From: Chiloscyllium plagiosum
Taxonomy: Eukaryota
Assembly (NCBI RefSeq): GCF_004010195.1
Contig: NC_057739.1
Span: 45,119,946-45,183,945, forward strand
Length of the DNA stretch: 64,000 bases
Reading direction: 5' to 3'
In this document: one piece after another, positions 62,601-64,000 of the stretch
Numbering within the stretch: the stretch's first letter is position 1
Layout: every line of letters starts with the position of its first letter
Translations under genes and position numbers: made by a program
Notes under the pieces: model-generated
What the model was told of the DNA's origin: nothing
The model's database searches: none
What the model saw: the letters and a program-made list of their open reading frames with translations, nothing else

Positions 62601-63710
62601 TCTCCCCACACACTCGGGCAAAAACGCTTTCTGCTGCCCTGTCAATCAACTCAGTACAGGCTGGGGTGTTTCCTGATCGATGTGGCCAAAGTTTATTCAC
62701 TGCTCACCCCCCCTGTTATGTCACTTTGTAAAATATTTTATTAATTCATTCCTGGCAGTTACTGGCAAGACTGTCAATTATAAGCCATCTGTACTCGATG
62801 AGCCGCCTTCATCAAGCACTGATACGTATGCGCACACCATCCAGCCCCTTTCACCTGCTCTGGCACTTAGTAAAATTATCACTGACTTAATTATAGCCTC
62901 AAATCCCCCATTCCCACTTCCTGTCGATAACCTTCCTTGCTCAGTCTGTCTGACCCCTCATCCTTCCCAGCTTATCAAGAATCAAGCCAACTCTGCCTTA
63001 AAACAATCCCATCATGGTGTTTCCACCATCTTCAGAGGAAGGATATTCCAAAGGCTTACAACCCCCTGAGAGAAATGGCAGTGGGTTGAATACCTTCAGT
63101 GACGACAGTAAATGGCCAGCTACCGCTGGTGGGACTGCATTCCCCAATAGATCCAGATTGGGTAAGGCCTGCAGGTCTCCTCCTTCTAGGGGGTGGGGGT
63201 GGCATTAGTCACCCAGTTGGGGTTGTGAATGAGAGTCTTTACAGTCCTGCTCAGTTCCCCCGTTGGTATGAAATGGCCACACTGAGATTTGCACCCTCTG
63301 TTTCTGAATGACCCAGTCAGTACAACTTCTAAACCATCCCCAGTCGGCCCAGGAGATACTTGCACCAGTCACCCGAACCAGTGCGGAAGGATTTGTTGGA
63401 TTTTCCCCAGAGTTGCTTCACCAGGCAGTGCTTAGGCATTAGTGCAATCCTTATTGCTGGAAGGGTTAAATGTTCCTGTGGACTAGCCTGCCAGTAAGTG
63501 AGGCAGCCCACCCGAATATGGGAAGTTAGTGTCTGTTTCATTCTGTCATGGTTCACGTTTTAATGGAAAAGGAAGTTGGGGTTAAAGATGTGAGTTGTGT
63601 GTTGAACAAGTGACCGAGTCCAGAGCAGAATGGATGTTCTGACAGATCCAGATGCTATGATTCCGCTTTTGTTGCAGCTGTGCAGAAAGCAGAGACGCCC
63701 CTGGACATGA
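29651..63710 (+). CDS. SNAPC4: snRNA-activating protein complex subunit 4 (SNAP190), 5'-partial, about 20 exons
   Basis: LPEDPETCLQMNLVYQEVI, YLGHFLKPYFKDKVTG, Myb repeats (WQNSEHPSINQAEWSKEE, KKEWTEEEDQML, RWSKSLDPTVKRGPWT), KPKTVLELLTEKR and PAYQLLKSRFLSAFTLPAFLATL match human SNAPC4; phases are consistent. Confidence 0.96.
29950..30122 (+). mobile_element. V-SINE fragment
   Basis: cagcaccagggacctgggtttcattcc..ggtttcctctcacagtccaaagac..gctaaattgccc. Confidence 0.8.
30140..30432 (-). mobile_element. Penelope-like element 3' fragment (end of GIY-YIG region plus pLTR-like region)
   Basis: Minus strand encodes IIGQAKQRTAREFLEAWHSSTDSINKHIDLDPIY; a hammerhead-like motif follows. Confidence 0.85.
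31590..32358. mobile_element. Penelope-like element relic in inverted (minus then plus) arrangement
   Basis: ORF 31785..32108 HYIGQTGRKLATRIHE..FDWDNTSILGQAKQRHAREF (GIY-YIG endonuclease); 32090-32358 is an inverted copy of parts of 31617-31960. Confidence 0.88.
32275..32317 (+). ncRNA. Minimal hammerhead-ribozyme-like motif in a PLE pLTR
   Basis: ca-CTGAAGA-T-GTTAC-tgagtatg-GTGAC-GAAA-TGTC-tg. Confidence 0.55.
32452..32625 (+). CDS. SNAPC4: SNAPC4 exon (acceptor position less certain)
   Basis: ..DDDGDELPEDPETCLQMNLVYQEVIVEKLQDLELLLAHNKEQQ|gtgact. Confidence 0.88.
33451..33687. repeat. 119-bp near-perfect tandem duplication
   Basis: tcacatttgtgtatac...gatcaccatc repeated twice with a single 1-nt indel. 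Confidence 0.95.
34051..35392 (-). mobile_element. Relatively young 5'-truncated CR1 LINE (RT domain plus 3' tail)
   Basis: ORF 34529..35404: QHGFVKSRSCLTNL, YMDFSEAFDKVPH, GVPQGSVLGPLLF, SKFTDDTK. Confidence 0.95.
35730..35855 (+). CDS. SNAPC4: SNAPC4 exon
   Basis: SEIMSDLAG..LYLGHFLKPYFKDKVTGL|gtgagt. Confidence 0.95.
36595..36673 (+). CDS. SNAPC4: SNAPC4 exon
   Basis: GPPANQDTKEKATQGIKSFDEFLITS|gtaagt. Confidence 0.95.
38066..38147 (+). CDS. SNAPC4: SNAPC4 exon
   Basis: WKQKEKEKLRLSIASDAMQRLLQPKLLR. Confidence 0.93.
39028..39132 (+). CDS. SNAPC4: SNAPC4 exon
   Basis: LEYLNKKMELSRDETEKEMLMKQIGETNREMDNIN. Confidence 0.92.
41463..41535 (+). CDS. SNAPC4: SNAPC4 exon (start of Myb region)
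   Basis: QMTQRQLLGNRFDDHDWIKIANID|gtaagt. Confidence 0.95.
42718..43835 (+). mobile_element. 5'-truncated CR1 LINE, same family as 34051-35392, opposite orientation
   Basis: ORF 42724..43245: MDFSKVFDKVPHG..INDLDEGVDGWVSKFADDTKV; shares GIEFQNHEV and RRFT.MLPGMEGR. Confidence 0.95.
44179..44343 (+). CDS. SNAPC4: SNAPC4 exon (Myb repeats)
   Basis: FDGSRKSEDIKNLWQNSEHPSINQAEWSKEE..WECIASELQ. Confidence 0.95.
45295..45442 (+). CDS. SNAPC4: SNAPC4 exon (Myb repeats)
   Basis: TSRTAFMCLQKYQEFNKELRKKEWTEEEDQMLTELVQKMRVGNFIPYTK. Confidence 0.95.
46650..46776. other. Assembly gap (127 N)
   Basis: N run. Confidence 1.
46863..46969 (+). CDS. SNAPC4: SNAPC4 exon (Myb repeats)
   Basis: IAYFMEGRNSSQLLYRWSKSLDPTVKRGPWTQAEDE. 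Confidence 0.95.
47605..47770. mobile_element. Short fold-back element, probably PLE-derived
   Basis: ttagaaatcacacaacagcaggtt..ggaagcaccagctttc / gaaagctagtgctcc..cctggcgttgtgtgctttctaa inverted arms. Confidence 0.65.
48224..48318 (+). CDS. SNAPC4: SNAPC4 exon (Myb repeats)
   Basis: LLLKAVAKYGTREWFKIQEEVPGRVDAQCRGR. Confidence 0.95.
48480..49560 (-). mobile_element. Interrupted CR1/L2-group LINE 3' fragments; related piece at about 57455-57780
   Basis: 49040-49300 is the reverse complement of the 4020-4365 element. Confidence 0.7.
50439..50533 (+). CDS. SNAPC4: SNAPC4 exon (Myb repeats)
   Basis: FLNTLNHNLRKGRWSPEEESEFRELLAKHGVG. Confidence 0.94.
50985..51070 (+). CDS. SNAPC4: SNAPC4 exon (end of Myb domain)
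   Basis: RWSKISAGLVGRTEAQCLHKWKALTGIK|gtgaga. Confidence 0.94.
51875..52333 (+). CDS. SNAPC4: SNAPC4 exon (basic, Ser-rich and acidic region)
   Basis: RPKRIKKRRRETSSESSEYSSED..LDVDRWVP (human PDMDLWVP); GTG|gtaagg. Confidence 0.88.
52710..52880. mobile_element. Fold-back (hairpin) short element
   Basis: About 60-bp inverted arms aaattgttggaaaagctcagcaggtctggcagcatctgtggagagaaatca / tgatttctgtccacggatgctgccaggcctgctgagcttttccagcacttt; single arms at 58031 and 63950. Confidence 0.85.
53055..53358 (-). mobile_element. V-SINE (HE1-like), near full length
   Basis: V core and tRNA-like head on the minus strand; CR1-like tail. Confidence 0.9.
54039..54237 (+). CDS. SNAPC4: SNAPC4 exon
   Basis: RVILEKKLIAEMCRWT (human RRLLNRRLLLAVTPWV); cacag| ... 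G|gtgagg. Confidence 0.8.
55552..55622 (+). CDS. SNAPC4: SNAPC4 exon
   Basis: ADIIRERLEATGLSTTPVFTLLVQ|gtaagg. Confidence 0.93.
56344..56388 (+). CDS. SNAPC4: SNAPC4 exon
   Basis: LFRIDKEGCMQILKK|gtaacc (human LFHIDTAGCLEVV). Confidence 0.9.
56561..56640. repeat. 25-bp perfect tandem repeat, 3.2 copies (AAATGTAGGGCTCCGAGTAAGATCC)
   Basis: Direct reading. Confidence 0.95.
56861..56888 (+). CDS. SNAPC4: Probable SNAPC4 micro-exon (28 nt, or 19 nt ending at 56879)
   Basis: Strong pyrimidine tract tctcttgtag|ATG AAT CAG GAT GCC CAA G; supplies the phase 0->1 change needed between the flanking exons. Confidence 0.6.
58031..58131 (-). mobile_element. 100-bp PLE-derived insertion with a degenerate hammerhead motif and an apparent TSD
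   Basis: Flanked by atagtcagcgtagc / atagtcagcatggc; minus strand reads CTGAGGA-aaaGTC-actg-GACct-GAAG-CGTT-aac. Confidence 0.7.
58595..58910 (+). mobile_element. V-SINE (HE1-like), full length, nested in CR1
   Basis: ggcggtacggtggcacagtggttagc (A box), gggttcaattccc (B box), V core, (aatct)n tail. Confidence 0.93.
60682..62366 (+). CDS. SNAPC4: SNAPC4 large exon (Oct-1-interacting region, Pro/Ala-rich linker, conserved C-terminal domain)
   Basis: ORF 60627..62384; KPKTVLELLTEKRK, DFSLLSCE..DWLQGKGGIQVP..LPYLPP, LQNEPAYQLLKSRFLSAFTLPAFLATL; donor CTG|gtgagt. Confidence 0.93.
63678..63710 (+). CDS. SNAPC4: Candidate SNAPC4 terminal coding exon (LCRKQRRPWT*)
   Basis: cttttgttgcag| acceptor in phase 0; basic C-terminus resembles human TRKRRRLV. 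Confidence 0.4.
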   Translation: MCRKQRRPWT

Positions 63711-64000
63711 GGTTTGAATGGGGGCAGGGTGTTATAGAAATAAAGCAGTCACTGTGTAGTAGTTGCTGGTCTCTGATTGTGTCAGTCTTGCTCCCATCTG
63801 TTTGCACCCTGCTCTCGAGCTGCAGGGGTGACCTTGGGGAGATGGCAGTGCCGTGGTAATCTCACCGGGTGCGTAACCCAGAGGACTGGACTAATGCTCT
63901 GGGCACATGGATCCAAAACCCACCATTGCAGCTCGCTGGAAGTGAACTAAACCAGAAATTGCTGGAGAGACTCAGCAGGTCTGGCAGTATCTATGGGAAG

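Overview
Vertebrate genomic DNA from a shark or other elasmobranch (inferred from V-SINE/HE1-type SINEs, CR1 LINEs and Penelope-like elements). It has five assembly gaps. Three multi-exon protein-coding genes were reconstructed by hand from splice sites and reading phase. ASB6 (minus strand) has a complete CDS in 6 exons, 9839->1326, 434 aa. ENTR1/SDCCAG3 (minus strand) shows its last 6 coding exons, 25605->17797, with the 5' end missing. SNAPC4/SNAP190 (plus strand) shows about 20 exons from 29651 to about 63710, with the first exon(s) missing. The rest is introns and intergenic DNA filled with LINEs, SINEs, Penelope-like relics and minisatellites. Most notable: (i) several Penelope-derived elements carry mostly degenerate minimal hammerhead-ribozyme motifs, one flanked by an apparent TSD; (ii) a 4.5-kb 42-bp satellite switches strand midway, forming a large imperfect palindrome; (iii) an inverted CR1 pair brackets a 465-nt in-frame, stop-free SNAPC4 exon block; (iv) a GC-AG intron in ENTR1 and a uORF in ASB6; (v) the ENTR1 block between two 500-N gaps may be mis-oriented. 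I found no convincing wholly new protein-coding system. Homology calls rest on recalled human protein sequences and repeat-family motifs, not on database searches.
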